Under the pieces are notes generated by a model. The model worked only from the letters and a program-made list of their open reading frames with translations. It made no database searches and was not told the origin of the DNA. Both the position numbers and the translations under genes were made by a program. Shown here piece after piece: positions 26,411 to 39,854 of a DNA stretch of 64,000 nucleotides. The DNA is from Octopus vulgaris (lineage: Eukaryota): contig OX597814.1 of assembly GCA_951406725.2 (NCBI GenBank), positions 167,834,001 through 167,898,000 of the forward strand. The letters are read 5' to 3'. Numbering within the stretch: position 1 is the first letter of the stretch; the number at the start of each line of letters is the position of its first letter.

Positions 26411-27044
26411 TCTATATATATAAAACTGTAGTTGTGTGAGTGTCTGTCCCCTTCAATTTAGATTCCTAACTACTCCCACATTTTGCGGTACAGTTTAACC
26501 AAATTCGGGTAGCTTATAGTCGTGATTCATATCGAGCCATCTGAATATTAGCGCGCGTCTACGATGAGTCTACGATTTTAAAAATAATTTAACATCATTT
26601 TTTATTCCATTTTAATGCATAATTTTTCGTGTGTCGATGGCGGCGGAGTTGGCGTCCACGCTCACACCTGCACCTGTGGGGAAGGGAGTGTAAGGAAATC
26701 AACGTCGTAATGCGTTGTCAAGGAGACCAGTGTTCTTTTAGAACAACGACTTCATGGCTTGAAGACACCAAAACAGAAATGGCTAAGAAAGCGTCTACAT
26801 GAATCTACGATTAAAAAAAAAATTTACCATCGTTTTTTTCCATTTTAATGCATTTTTTCGTTATTATATAAGGGAAGTAACTCTCTAAAAATGTCTACGA
26901 TGAGTCAACGATTTAAAAAAAATTTACCATCATATTTTTTCCATTTTTAATGCATTTTTTGCTATTTTTTGGCTATAACTCTCTAAAAATGCTTATATAG
27001 TTATTTCCCTTACAAACCCGAGCAACGCCGGGCGATACTGCTAG
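26411..27044 (+). mobile_element. Non-autonomous Helitron
   Basis: A|TCtatatatataaaa 5' end. 3' hairpin cccgagcaacgccggg then CTAG|T. No TSD. Three internal ~65-bp subrepeats (gtctacgatgagtctacgatt...). Confidence 0.8.
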
Positions 27045-27648
27045 TTCTTCATAATGATTACATTGTTCATGTCTATTGAGAAAATACTTTTATATCAACA
27101 AATTAATTTATCGCGTAACGATAGCCAAAGCAGCTGCTCTGTGGGATTTTAATTTAAATTCTAATTCATTTTATGATAAGAGCAGATAACACTTGTCATG
27201 TAGAGAGAACATCATATTGTACAATTTTTGTTGGTGGTAATGATGTTGTTGTTGTTGCTAAAATTCTATGCATTTATATGATATTATGGTAGGTTGCAAA
27301 CTGCAAATCATATCTTTTTTGGTTGCCATGCGATAAGTAAAAGTTGCTAATCATTTATTTGCTATTGATAACTTCACAGGAAAAGAGAGAGATTCAAACC
27401 AGAGATATTTGAAATACAGCTGCAATACTTTATTGAATGAGAAATTGCATAATTTTGGTGGATATATCAATTTAGTTTAGCAGCAGCTAACATAACCTTT
27501 TTTTTATATTTTTGCTGGTATTATCATGATTAATAACTTACCCACTTTTTCTGTACCACTTTATCTAAAAGTATATTGGATAAAAAAAAAAATAGGCTGT
27601 ATCTTTTGTTGTTATTGTTATTACTAAATTATGAACTTTTATTTGGAA

Positions 27649-28012
27649 CTAGCACTATGACCCGGCAACGCCGGTTCACAGTGCTAGTGCATGCATATAC
27701 AGCTGCGTGCGTGCACACATACACGTGAGTACTGTCCAAATCTCCGACCAATCACATAGATCAAGCTGGCATTCAATTGGCGTATCAAGTTTTGGGCATT
27801 TTGATTGGGTTTTGGATAGAAAATTCACAAAAAAGTCACTTCTATTGATTTTTTAATGGCTTTGCGGGGTGACTGGGGAAACGTAAAGATGTGCACGACC
27901 ACCCTTGGACGGTTTTGAATGACCATAGAAAGTGCGAGCCCTCTAACTGAAAAATTGTAGATTTGTATAAAAGACAGACACACAGACATTTTGCCGTTTA
28001 TATATATAGAGA
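27649..28012 (-). mobile_element. Non-autonomous Helitron
   Basis: Minus strand A|TCtctatatatataaa ... hairpin actagcactgtgaaccggcgttgccgggtcatagtgCTAG|T. Confidence 0.8.
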
Positions 28013-28373
28013 TAATTCTACTTTATTAAAATTTTAATTATGAAAATGTGTTATCTATGTACATATTAAGAGAAGATCAAAGGTCCTTCCTGAGCCATAG
28101 ATTCATAAGGTCATTTTCCCAAATTCTATGGCATATATATATTCCCTGGATGGATGGGATACTGGTCTGTCACAAGATTACTTATTTTCACCAGCTGAAT
28201 GGACTGGAGCAATGTGAAATGAAGTATTTTGCTCAAGAGAACAATGTGTTGCCTGTCCAGGAATTGAAACCATGGTCTTACAATCACAAGTGAAACACCT
28301 TAACCACTAAGCCAAATGTCTCCTTAATCCTGTGTGAGTGAAATCAACTACTCCTAGGAGATGCTGTGTTTAA

Positions 28374-28594
28374 CCCTTTAGTGTTCGCATTATTCTGCCA
28401 AGATTAATGCTTTTTCATCCACATTGTTTTGAACTTATCATGCATTATCTTGTAGTTATGAGATTTTGATGAGGTAGCTGTTAATTTTTAAAACGATATT
28501 GTAGGGTTGGTGTGAGAGACCAGATATGGCCAGTTTGAACATAAAACAGGCAGAATACTTTTGGCCGGATATGGCCGGTTTAAATGCTAAAGGG
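28374..28594. mobile_element. piggyBac-type MITE
   Basis: TTAA|ccctttag ... ctaaaggg|TTAA. A partial reverse copy lies at ~5910-6116. Confidence 0.82.
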
Positions 28595-29453
28595 TTAAGA
28601 GAGATTGAAAGTGCCAAAACACTTGATTAGTTATTTACAAAGAAATTTCATGTCAAATTACTGTTATATAATTTGAAGCAATTCTTCTTCAATAGTCTCT
28701 ACTTCCCTTATCTTGATGAATTTACACCCATCTTCACTTAAATCCTTTCAATACATCTACTCCTTCTTTTCTTCCACTTCTTACTGTTAGTATATCTAAC
28801 TCTTCTCAAATCCTGTATTTTGAACACTTTTCCTAATTCTCCTCTATGACTGCATTCCTTCTGAATCTTATGCAAATTCCATTATGGACTGCTAAGATTC
28901 AATGGATCAGCACTTATTTCCAGTTGTTTCTGTGACTCTAAATAGCCAAGAGACAAAAGTTTTCTTGGATAAGTTATCAGTCTATCACTTGTAACATTTC
29001 CTACTGGGGCAAATTGAATGCAGCACTGCAAGGCAATGAATTACCAATTTCTAACCAAGCAGTTGGTGCTTACAGCTATGGAAGTCTGCAGCAGCTGTTT
29101 AACTTTAAGATTGAATTTGTCTGTTGAGAGTTAAGATCCTCGACTACAAAAATAACACTGTGCTAATGATAGGATACAAATTGCTGACCTCTTGACCAGT
29201 TGTCTAGCACTCCACCAATTTAGACATCTGCACACACACACACATTTAGTTTATTGTTCTATTATTCATAGAATCAGCAAAAGATGTACTCCATTCAGTG
29301 AGAGATAAATATCATTTAGTATACACAGTACTAAAATATCAGCTACTATTAGTTTCATGCTGTGGAGACCTAATAAACTGGCTTTGTGCTTCCAAACAAT
29401 CCTTTAGACATATACACACATACACACACACACACACACGCACATATATATAA

Positions 29454-29680
29454 GGGCAGCGAGCTGGCAGAAACATTAGCACGCCGGGCAAAATGTGTAG
29501 CCGTATTTCGTCTGTCGATACGTTCCGAGTTCAAATTCCGCCGAGGTCGACTTTGCCTTTCATCCTTTCGGGGTCGATAAATTAAGTACCAGTTACGCAC
29601 TGGGATCGATTTAATCAGCCTAATCCCTTTGTCTGTCCTTGTTTGTCCCCTCTGTGTTTAGCCCCTTGTGGGTAGTAAAG
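29454..29680 (+). mobile_element. tRNA-derived SINE family B (copies ~8618-8835 -, 13322-13528 -, 21003-21110 -, 30230-30660 - x2, 36659-36895 +, 57742-57945 -)
   Basis: ggc.gcgagctggcaga head, gagttcaaattcc B box, core gcctttcatcctttcggggtcgataaattaagtacca (resembles the MetaSINE core as I recall it). Confidence 0.82.
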
Positions 29681-31089
29681 ATATATATATATATAATCAT
29701 TTTAGTGTCTGTTTTGCCCAATTTTTGCATGAATCAGAAAAGACTCACTGATACAGATTTTCAACAGGCTGATGCCTTGCTTGGCTCCAACCTTCATCTG
29801 TTTCTCAGTAAGGTAATATTTCCTGTTGTCTTTCAAACTTGAACAGCACAATGTAACTCAATAATACACGTGTAGCATATTAAAAGAGAAGATTATATTC
29901 ATGTTGTGTAAATGATACAAATTTGTATTCCACTTATTTTGTTGCTTATTTAAATGAACGCCTGTGTATTCATTGACTATAGAATCAACTGTGACATTAC
30001 ATCAAGCAGTTTACTAGTATGGCAACAGTGCCAGTCATTGCCTATATTGTGGTTTTAAAGAAAAGGGCCATTAAAAAGAAATTAAATTGTTTGTCCCTAG
30101 TGTTTTGATACACACAGTTGAAATATTCATGTTAATGATTGGATATTCAATAGTACCACTGCTAATGTTATACAAGAAATGGATTGGCCCTGACGATGTA
30201 ATATTCTACATGCACAATATTCTTTTCTACTCTAGGGACAAGGCTCGAAATTTTTGGGGAGGGGGTGCCAGTCAATTATATCAACCCCAGTATGCAACTG
30301 ATACTTAATTTATCAACCCCGAAAGGATAGGATGAAAGGTGAAGTTGACCTTGGCAATATTTTAGCTCAGAACTTAAAGATAGATGAAATACTGCTAAGA
30401 ATTTCTCTTAGTGTACTAACATTTCTTATTTCTTTATTGCCCACAAGGGGCTAAACATAGAGGGGTCAAACAAGGACAGACAAAGGAATTAAGTCGATTA
30501 CATCGACCCCCAGTGCATAACTGGTACTTAATTTATCGACCCCGAAAGGATGAAAGGCAAAATCGACCTTGACGGATTTTGAACTCAGAACGTAAAGACA
30601 GACAAAATACCACTAAGCATTTCTCCTGGTGTACTAACGTTTCTGCCAGCTCGCTGCCTTTCTACATGCATAATATTATGAAAGAAAAAAATTGTTCTTA
30701 CACTTCACAGCTCAGCATTTCTACAGAGATCCATGCCTCAATGAATCTGGCTTCTCTATAGACAGTTACAGATAAGCAGAGTAAATTATTTACCATTTTG
30801 TCTCTTACCACCTGCTATGCAGCTCATTTATTTGCCCCAGTATGACAACTCACTTATTGGCCTCAATATTACAGTTCACTTAGTCTCACTACGACAACTT
30901 TTCCCAGTGATATAACTCAGTTATCAGTCACATGTGTTAAAGGAATTCAGTTTGCTTCATTGCAATCATTACAATGATCCCACCCATCCAACAACAGCTT
31001 TGCAGCCCACTTATTGACCATGATGCCATATATCAATTCATATTACACGCCCCGTACATTTTTCCTTTTTTTTCTCTCTCTTTTGCAAG

Positions 31090-31635
31090 CACGTGCCGGT
31101 GGCATGTAAAAAGCAACATCCGAACATGACCGATACCAGCGCCACCTTGACTGGCTTCTGTGCCGGTGGCACATGACCTGCTGTGCTTGAGGAGACCTAT
31201 TGAGTCAAGTACATCAACATCAAAATAAATATCAAATGGAAATTGTAGTTGTGATACCTGTGCCGGTGGCACGTAAAAAGCACCATCTGAACATGGCTGA
31301 TGCAAGTGTCACCTTGACTGGTTTCTGTGCTGGTGGCACGTAAAAAGCACCATCTGAACATAGCTGATGCCAGCGCCACCTTGACTGGCTTCTGTGCTGG
31401 TGGCATGTAAAAAGCACCAACTGATCGTGGACGCTGCCCGCCTTCCCTGGCACCTGTGCCAGTGATACGTAAAAAGCACCCACTACAGAGTGGTTGGCGT
31501 TAGGAAGGGCATCCAGCTGTAGAAACACTGTCAGATCAGACTGGAGCCTGGTGCAGCCTCCTGGCTTCCCAGACCCCGGTCGAACCGTCCAACCTGTACT
31601 AGCATGGAAAACGGACGTTAAACGATGATGATGAT
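31090..31635 (+). mobile_element. SINE family C with internal minisatellite and (GAT)n tail (copies ~60-490 +, 7035-7225 +, 8866-9200 -, 24402-24655 -, 47079-47190 -, 57444-57633 +)
   Basis: Core ggttggcgttaggaagggcatccagctgtagaaa, tail gcatggaaaacggacgttaaacgatgatgatg, repeated gtgccggtggcacgtaaaaagcacc units. Confidence 0.8.
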
Positions 31636-33239
31636 TACTGTTACAAGGAATTTGTAGTTTACATGGCTGTTACAAGCCATTGCAGCTTACAGTTACAAGA
31701 CATCACAGCTCATGATTACACATCCATTTTCATCTATCACAACAACCAAATCTTTACTTCAAACAGATTTTCTTCATTCAGCTAATCTTAATATGAGACA
31801 CCTGCTTAAATGAATAAATACCAGAAGCAGTAAATTATTTCTGCCATTTCCTGTAAAAGTATATCTGTTTTCTGGCCTTTTTTTATGTGGCTCTAAAAAG
31901 AGGATCTGTAATTCCCATAAATTCTGTATAAGAAATTTTCTACATACAAATTTATTTAATGAACATTGACAGATGAACATATGTCTATGAGTATTTTTAT
32001 GTATCTTGTTAATGATTATGTCCAGTTAAAATTTGTATTCGCTATCCTACTGAGCTAGTACTTTCTACAGGTTAGTTACTATGTTATTATAGCATATGAA
32101 CTGCTGTTTTTTATATCACTGTCTGTGATGAGTATCCCATGACTATAGAGCAGACAGACCCATAGAGTACTTGTGGAAAAAAAATGTAGAAATAGACTCT
32201 TGTATGTATATGTATGTGTACATACATATGTATATAAAAAGAATTTTATAGTCTTTTCTGAGTAACAATACAACATTCTTCTACATACAGATTAAATGCA
32301 ATGAACTGTTAAACTGCTTTCGCTATAATTCATTTCCAATATTCATCTTATTAAAATCAGCATACATCTGTCCTACTGTAGGAGGTCATGGAATAATTTG
32401 TTCTTAATATTCCGTTAATATCCATAATAATTTTAGAATAAATTATAAAGATTTTAGTGTACAGTTCTCAGTAAATGCTTATAAGTAGTAACTTCAGTAT
32501 GCATTGTTTAGTTAAGCCCTGGAACTGTGAACCAACAAACCACTTGGTTAATCCAAGAAAATCATTATATGACAACTAAGCAGTGCAATGAATGATGTCC
32601 AGCTGTTGCAATTTCTCCATCTGTGTTTATTTTGGAATCTGATTAACTACGATAGAGGTAGAAGATTTTGAAAGAAAACAATGGGAAAGGTGATGTTGAT
32701 GTGAAATCTGATTAAAGAAAACACTAGACTGACTGTCTTATTTCTAAAATGCTTTCTTTGATCACAAAAGCTGCTGTATTAGCAAGGGTTTGTCTTAATA
32801 AAACCTATTCTTGGCTAAGAAATATTTAAAGCGAATTTTAAGTTATTGTTACTGAGAAGATAATGTTGTTGTTTCTGATTAGCTGCTATGTCGCTGATAT
32901 GATCAAATGGATTTAATAGTAATAAGTTACATTAGTATTGTTTGAAGCACAGAATTAAGAAATGTTTGGTATGGGGGGTTGTAAATCATATGAAGATTAA
33001 TTGCTATTGTTAAATTAGATTATTATTTGCTTTCAATTTTAAGTGTTGGAATGATGCAGTACTGTCATGATAGCTTATTTTCAATCTTTAATCTTCACTG
33101 CTTTATCTTAATTTTTTTTTTACTACATAAATTCGACCCCTTTTGTAAATACCTCTATAATACATGCTATTTTTTATCTTTGTTAAATACTTATAATATA
33201 TAATGTGAAAGAATCATCATTATATATATATATATAGGT

Positions 33240-33411
33240 AGCCACTACACATTTTTTTTCTCTCCTTGTTTCTTTCTGTGTTCCTTTCTGTGGAAGAGCG
33301 TAGGCTCAAAACGTAAAAGACGTTTTCAATTCCTGAGCGTTATACTAATACATCTGATTGTTTTCTACACCACCTGTCTTCGTCTTTTGTTTTTTTCGTG
33401 AATTCTCCTCC

Positions 33412-33412
<1 letters not shown>
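33240..33412 (+). repeat. Short dispersed repeat with hammerhead-like core (copies ~19170-19332, 41215-41372)
   Basis: ctttctgt(g/c)gaagagc(g/a)taggctc(g/a)aaac(g/a)t..aaagac shared by three copies, each ending in (TA)n. Confidence 0.7.
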
Positions 33413-33457
<45 letters not shown>

Positions 33458-34294
33458 TATAAAAACACATTCACATAGACATACAGCAAGTGTGTTCTAC
33501 TTATAGCTCTGGGCTGACCCAAGCCTGGAGATTGGATTTAGTTGAAGGAAACTGGAAGAAGCTCATCATGTGTGTGTGTGTGTGTGCACGCATGAGCGTG
33601 TGTATGAGTTTGTGTCTCCTTGTCTTGACAGCGCATGGTAATTGTAAATGAGTGTCACTGTCATACAAATGATCATTCATTTCCAATATTCTGGAAAAAA
33701 CATGTCTGGCCATAAGGAAATATCACCATGCTTGGAAGCAGTTGAGGGTTGGTGAGAAGAAGGGCATCTAGTTGTAGAAAAATCCGCCCAATTGATGGGT
33801 TCTAGTGAAAATAGGTTACAGAAAGCAAATTTTGGAGATTGCATAATGTTAAAAGTAGAAGTAGGAAAAGTTGAGAGTATGGCATTAATGCAGTTTGAAC
33901 ATGATATAAATAAGGGATATATAAGAAATGTCAGTGGAAATGGTGAGGTCTAATAATGTATAGTGCTGGAAACCCTTTAAGTTATAAGTTGTTTCTGAGA
34001 ATTAATAAAGGGTGTAAAAGAACTTTTCTTTGTAAGAACTGCCACAACAGAATTTAGTCTAGAACTCAAAAGCTTTTCACGAATTTTGTTCTTATTCTCA
34101 ACTGTTTTGTTTCTCTAATAAATTTAATTATTGCTTGCTAATAAATTAGTTCAGGATCCAATATCACCCCATGCAATTTGAAACTTAAATGCTATTCTAT
34201 GAATTTTGCTGAGCTATACTAAAAAAGAAATCCCCTAAATACAAACATGTGCACAATTATATACATGATCATAGACATATGCACACCACACATA

Positions 34295-34382
<88 letters not shown>

Positions 34383-35746
34383 TCGTGAGCAGCAGCAGCA
34401 ACTATATTCCAAATAATTAAGAATGATTTCTTGAAATTAAATTCAGCCATATCCTACCAACCATTACCAAAATATTAAAATTCCAATCCATCCATTAAAA
34501 TAAAAAAATCTGTGTTCCACTACTTATTACGATAAGCATTCCAGCAAACTTATTGCATTGATAAATTTTTAAAAGAAATGTTACATCTACATGTACATAC
34601 ATTATATACATGACCACCAACATTCTAAAAGAAAAATTCCAATTATCTTCCTTGATAACTTGTGATTTTACAAATTAGGTTGCATTCTGAAATTGAATAT
34701 TTATGCAGAAGAAAGTTTAATGTAAACGTGAGAAAGTTATTATTTCATATAAAGTGAATTTATTAGCAGTGAAGTATGACTAATTGCTTTTATGAATCAA
34801 GCTGAAGGCCAAGTAAACGAAATATCTCTAACAATCCTTGAATCTATCTCTGGTCAGTATCAATGCCAAGTCAAGCTCAAAAGGCTTTTGATAGATAGAT
34901 CAGTGAGAATAATATGTGGCTACAACTTCCTTCATCTAATTAAGAGGTAGAGAATGAATAATCTCAAGTGAAACCCTGGCATTAAATGTGCTTCTGTATG
35001 TTTATTCTGATATTTTTATTGATTTCTTACTTAGTGGAAGGGAAATGAGCATATGGTGTCTTGATTGCTTTCTAAAGGGAAATGGCTACTAATAGCAGTC
35101 AAAACTAGATTACAGACATGGTTTCCTATTGTTCTATAGAAACCTACCTTCATTCTGTTGTTGTTGCTTGAAGGAACTTCAAGTAATTATCATTACATTA
35201 TTGATGATATTTAAGAATATACATAACTCAGCAATGTGGAGCATTCTATCAATGCAAATTAATTTGCATAATTCAAAATAATGATGATTATGTATTGTGT
35301 ATATAACATTTTAGATATGTAATATAAAGTGATATCATTTGATTAAAAGAAATAGTACGGAAGTATTACAAAAATTATCTGATAATTAAGAAATGGGAAA
35401 AAATAATTTTAGATTTTAATAGGGTTTTTTACCCCAAATACACCAATATATTTAATGTAATAGAATAAATTCCTTATCAAATTTATTTTATTTACTCAAG
35501 TATTTTTGTAGTCTATGCTGATGGATTAGTTCACTAAAATAACTGTATTTTTTTTCCTTTTAGACTTAATTTTCTTTTCTTATGCTATAGTATAGACTCC
35601 AAATTCAGATTATGCTAGTGTAAAATTACACAAACCTTGATAAGTGGCTGTAACTTATCTTATACTCAATACTTACATATGTTACATATTGATTAGGGAA
35701 GAAACAAAGGTAATGAAATTAATAAATATTATTGTTATTAATTAGT

Positions 35747-35936
35747 CTGTTTATATACTCTTTCAACTACTTCACCTGAATTGATACCATGGTTTTTATC
35801 CAAAAGATCCATTCCACAATACATACTGTACCTAGTCATTCGGCTGGCTATCCTTTTGTGCTATGTTTGGTCAGAGCTGATTGGGGCTATACAACATCAA
35901 TAACAACCTACTATACATGATTTTTTGTTTTTATGT
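35747..35936 (+). repeat. ~190-bp direct repeat, second copy at 39063-39262
   Basis: ctgtttatatactctt...cctactatacatgattttttgtttttatgt occurs twice with few differences. Confidence 0.9.
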
Positions 35937-37701
35937 ATTTTAATTCATATTCAATACAAGCTATACAGCTGATAAACCCCTCTCTAATTAGATTACTCAT
36001 CTACCAATGAGCCAGATTGTGTTAGGAAGCACCTCTGTCCCATTTAAAGAAAAACATATGCTGTATTATCAGTTAACAAAGTCAAGGTGTCAGATATTTA
36101 TTTTACATGGTATACTACTTACAAACTAGTTACTTTCTATTATAATAGCGTAGAGTTAAGATTTTGGAGTTTTTTTTTCTCAACCTTTAATAGAATTGTT
36201 TGTTTGTTATACATTATCAACTTAAAACTAGTCTCACCATGTTTGGTCATAAAACTGGTTGCAAGTTACAGTATGGATGCCTGTTGTCAATGCTTAACCA
36301 GTTACTTTCCAATTTGTTGCTACTGTGGTTGTTGTTTAGCACCAGGATTCCAGCTATAACCAGTCTTTCTTTTTTTTTATATATAAAGGACTACATTGTC
36401 CAGTGTGTAGCTTCTTGTGTAAGACTGTAAGATGGGGATTTGGTTGCTATTTCTAGTAACATTGAAGTTCCCTCATTGGAGTACTACTTTACTATATATT
36501 TTGTCTATCACTAGCTTCTCATTTGCTTTGTTCATGCTTCAGGATACCTCTGCATTTAGAAAAAAAATCTCTGACACTTTGATGATTGAAGTACTAGAAA
36601 TAGCTGCCAGATCTCCTTCAGTTACACTCCACCATCTTATAGAAAGCGGGGCACTTGAAGGTGGCGAGCTGGCAGAATCATTAGCATGCCAGGCGAAATG
36701 CTTAGTGGTATTTCATCTGCTGTTACATTCTGAGTTCAAATTCTGCCGAGGTCGACTTTGCCTTTCATCTTTTCAGGGTCGATAAATTAAGTACCAGTTA
36801 CGCACTGGGGTCAATGTAATCAACTTAAGCTCTTTGTCTGTCCTTGTTTTTCCCCTCTATGTTTAGCCCCTTTGTGGCCAATAAAGAAATAAGAAGGCAG
36901 GGCACATTGGACAGTGTAGTTCATGATATCAAAAAATAAGATGATGGATTCATGGCTGAAATGCATTTGATCAGAAGTTTACTTAATGAGAGCTAACCTG
37001 AGGACTAAACAACCTTTAACACCAACATTTGTATTCTTAACTTTACCCTATTCTATGGTGCCTGTCACCTTTCTGTATAATAACATTTGCCAATCCATGG
37101 TACTGAACTTACATACTGTTTTAGATCATGCTCAATGAACTTGTAAGCTGAATAAGACTGTAAACTGTAACCCTGAGGCTTCAGCTTTTTTTGCAATAGC
37201 TCTTTGCAATTACATGATTAGAGCTAAATGATGATAACTGCAACTTGCTGTCTGATTAGAAAGTCCTTACACTAAACACACTACGTGACTCTATGCTAAC
37301 AATACACATCATCACAGAATTGATAAAAATGATATTGCAGAAATAAGCAGGGATGGTAATTTCTATGTAAGGCTAGAGAATATTTTTTGAGTTTCATTCA
37401 GCATGGTTTCAGCTGAAGAGAAGATAATCAATAAGAATAATTGATTTATTTTCAAATACTATATACCTGTTTACCTCAGCTACGCGTGTGTGTATACTGT
37501 CCCATATTAACAGCAGTTCAAAATGACAAATCAAATAAAGATAAAAAACCAGAAGGATTCATGAGACTATGTAATTATGTGTGTGTATGTATGTGTGTCT
37601 GTGTGCATGTATATATGTGTATATATACATGTATATATATGTGTATATACATGCATATATACATATACAAGCGTATATGCGTGTGTGTGTGTGTGTGTGT
37701 G

Positions 37702-38010
37702 TGGAGGCGCAATGGCCCAGTGGTTAGGGCAGCGGACTTGCGGTTGGAGGATTGCGGTTTCGATTCCCAGACTGGGCGTTGTGTGTTTATTGAGTGAAAA
37801 CACCTAAAACTCCACGAGGCTCCCGCAGGGGATGGTGGAGACCCTTGTTGTACTCTTTCACCACAACTTTCTCTCACACTCTCTTCCTGTTTCTTGAGTA
37901 ATGCTGCGATAGGCTGGTGTTCCGTCCGGCTGTGGGGAACACATACGCCACAGAAACCAGGAAACCAGGCCCCTGAGCCTAACTAGGCTTGAAAAGGGCG
38001 CAAAAAAAGA
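37702..38010 (+). mobile_element. tRNA-derived SINE family D (copies ~9249-9525, 44271-44530)
   Basis: ggaggcgcaatggcccagtggttagggcagcggact...ggtttcgattcc tRNA-like head and shared body. Confidence 0.78.
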
Positions 38011-38369
38011 ATATATATATAAGTGTATGTATTTATATATGTATACAACTCATCAGAAAAAGTAGTCAAAAGCACATGAACAGTGGATAGAATATGCACA
38101 GAAATTGAACACTGAATGAGTCGTTTAAAAAAGGGAGTGGAGGGTATCAGATGTACTCTCATTGAATTTCTGGAAGTATGGAAGTTATGAAGGATGTAGT
38201 GTCCCAATAGCTAACAACTGATGGGAGTAGATTATTCCATGCTTCAGCAATTCTGAGCATGAAAAAAATATTTTTGAAAGTAATGGGTGTTGTGTTGTTT
38301 TTTTATTTCATAAGCATGTCCAGACATACAGAATTTATGTGCATGTGTGTATATATATGTATGTATATA

Positions 38370-38404
<35 letters not shown>

Positions 38405-38425
38405 TTATTTATATACATACATACA

Positions 38426-38643
38426 TACAAGGTGGTGCTGAAAAGTTCTTGGCTTTAAGGGTTTTGCAAAAGACCTGAAGGCTCAACCTGCCAAGTTCTT
38501 TTACAGGGCTTAGAAAAACTGAATGACCACTGCAATAGGTGTGTGAATCTGAGACAGGAATATTTTCAATAAAATCATAATTAACTGGTCCTCCTGTATT
38601 TTCTTTTGCCCAAAGCCAGGAACTTTTTAGCCACTTCCTCATA
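38426..38643 (+). mobile_element. Mariner-derived MITE (further copies at ~59196-59416 and, inverted, ~60328-60548)
   Basis: TIRs gctgaaaagttc(c/t)tggcttt / aaagccaggaactttt, TA-flanked. Internal remnant GLEKLNDHCNRCVNLRQEYFQ* resembles a mariner transposase C-terminus. Confidence 0.8.
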
Positions 38644-38660
38644 CATATTTATATATATAT

Positions 38661-38927
38661 ATTTGTAACAATGAAGTCAAGCCAAGTAATGATATTTTGA
38701 AAGCATTTAATATGTTTCAGACTTTGCATAATATATAATAGGAAATACATTACCCTACACAAGACCTTCTTCAGTTAATGCTTTTTAAAATATTTTAAAG
38801 TGTATTAACTGAAGAAGGTCTTGTGTAAGGGGGTGTATTTCCTATCATATATCATAGACAAATCTGAAACAGACATATTAAATGCTTTCAAATTATCATT
38901 ACTTGCTTTGACTTCATTTTTACAAAT
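38661..38927. repeat. Imperfect spacerless palindrome (~130-bp arms), probably Penelope-derived
   Basis: Centre tttaaaat|attttaaa at 38791/38792. Arms include acacaagaccttcttcagttaat / attaactgaagaaggtcttgtgt and aagtcaagccaagtaatgata / tatcattacttgctttgactt. Confidence 0.85.
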
Positions 38928-39647
38928 TATATGCCTTGATGCAAGCTCAAACTAGCTTCTTCTGACTTCATTTATGCGAACACTCTAATAAGGATTTTGG
39001 TAGTTTGTTGTACCTTGCTTGAGTCAAGAATTCTGATATTGTGCATTGCAAACACAAAATTACTGTTTATATACTCTTCCAACTACTTAACCTGAATTGA
39101 TACCACCTGGTTATGGTTTTCATCCAAAAGATCCATTCCACAACACATGCTGTACCTAGTCATTCGGCTGGCTACCCTCTTGTGCTATGTTTGGTCAGAG
39201 CTGACTGGAGCTATACAACATCAATAACAACCTACTATACATGATTTTTTTTGTTTTTATGTGTGTGTGTGTGTGTGTGTACTGACGTACATATAATATA
39301 TATCTGTCTGTGTGTCTCCCTCCACCCCTTGACAACTGATGTTGGTTTATTCATGTCTCCATGACTTAACAGTTCAACAAAAGAAGTCAATAGAATAAAA
39401 AATTAGTACTGGGGTCAATTGTCCTACTAAAACTCTTCAAGGTAGTGCCCCAGCACAGCTACAGTCCAATGACTGAAACGAGTAAAAGATAAAAGATATG
39501 TGAAATAATCTTTCTCATTATTCATTTCTTAATTGACTACTAGTTAAAAGATATTTGGAGAACAATGCCTGATAAACCTTCTTGACATACAGCATGGTTA
39601 AAAAAAACACTTCTAATTGTTTCTTGTGTTATTTGCTAATATTTATA

Positions 39648-39807
39648 GGTGCAGGAGTGTCTGTGTGGTAAGTAGGTTGCTTACCAAACACATGGTTCTG
39701 GGTTCAGTCCCACAGCATGGCACTTTGGACAAGTGTCTTCTACTATAGCCTCGGGCTGACCAAAGCCTTGTGAGTGGATTTGGTAGACGGAAACTGAAAG
39801 CCCATCG

Positions 39808-39854
<47 letters not shown>

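Noticed and set aside
37702-37775. tRNA-like sequences (also the heads of SINE families A, B and E)
   Set aside because: They continue into SINE bodies and lack a convincing cloverleaf and terminator.
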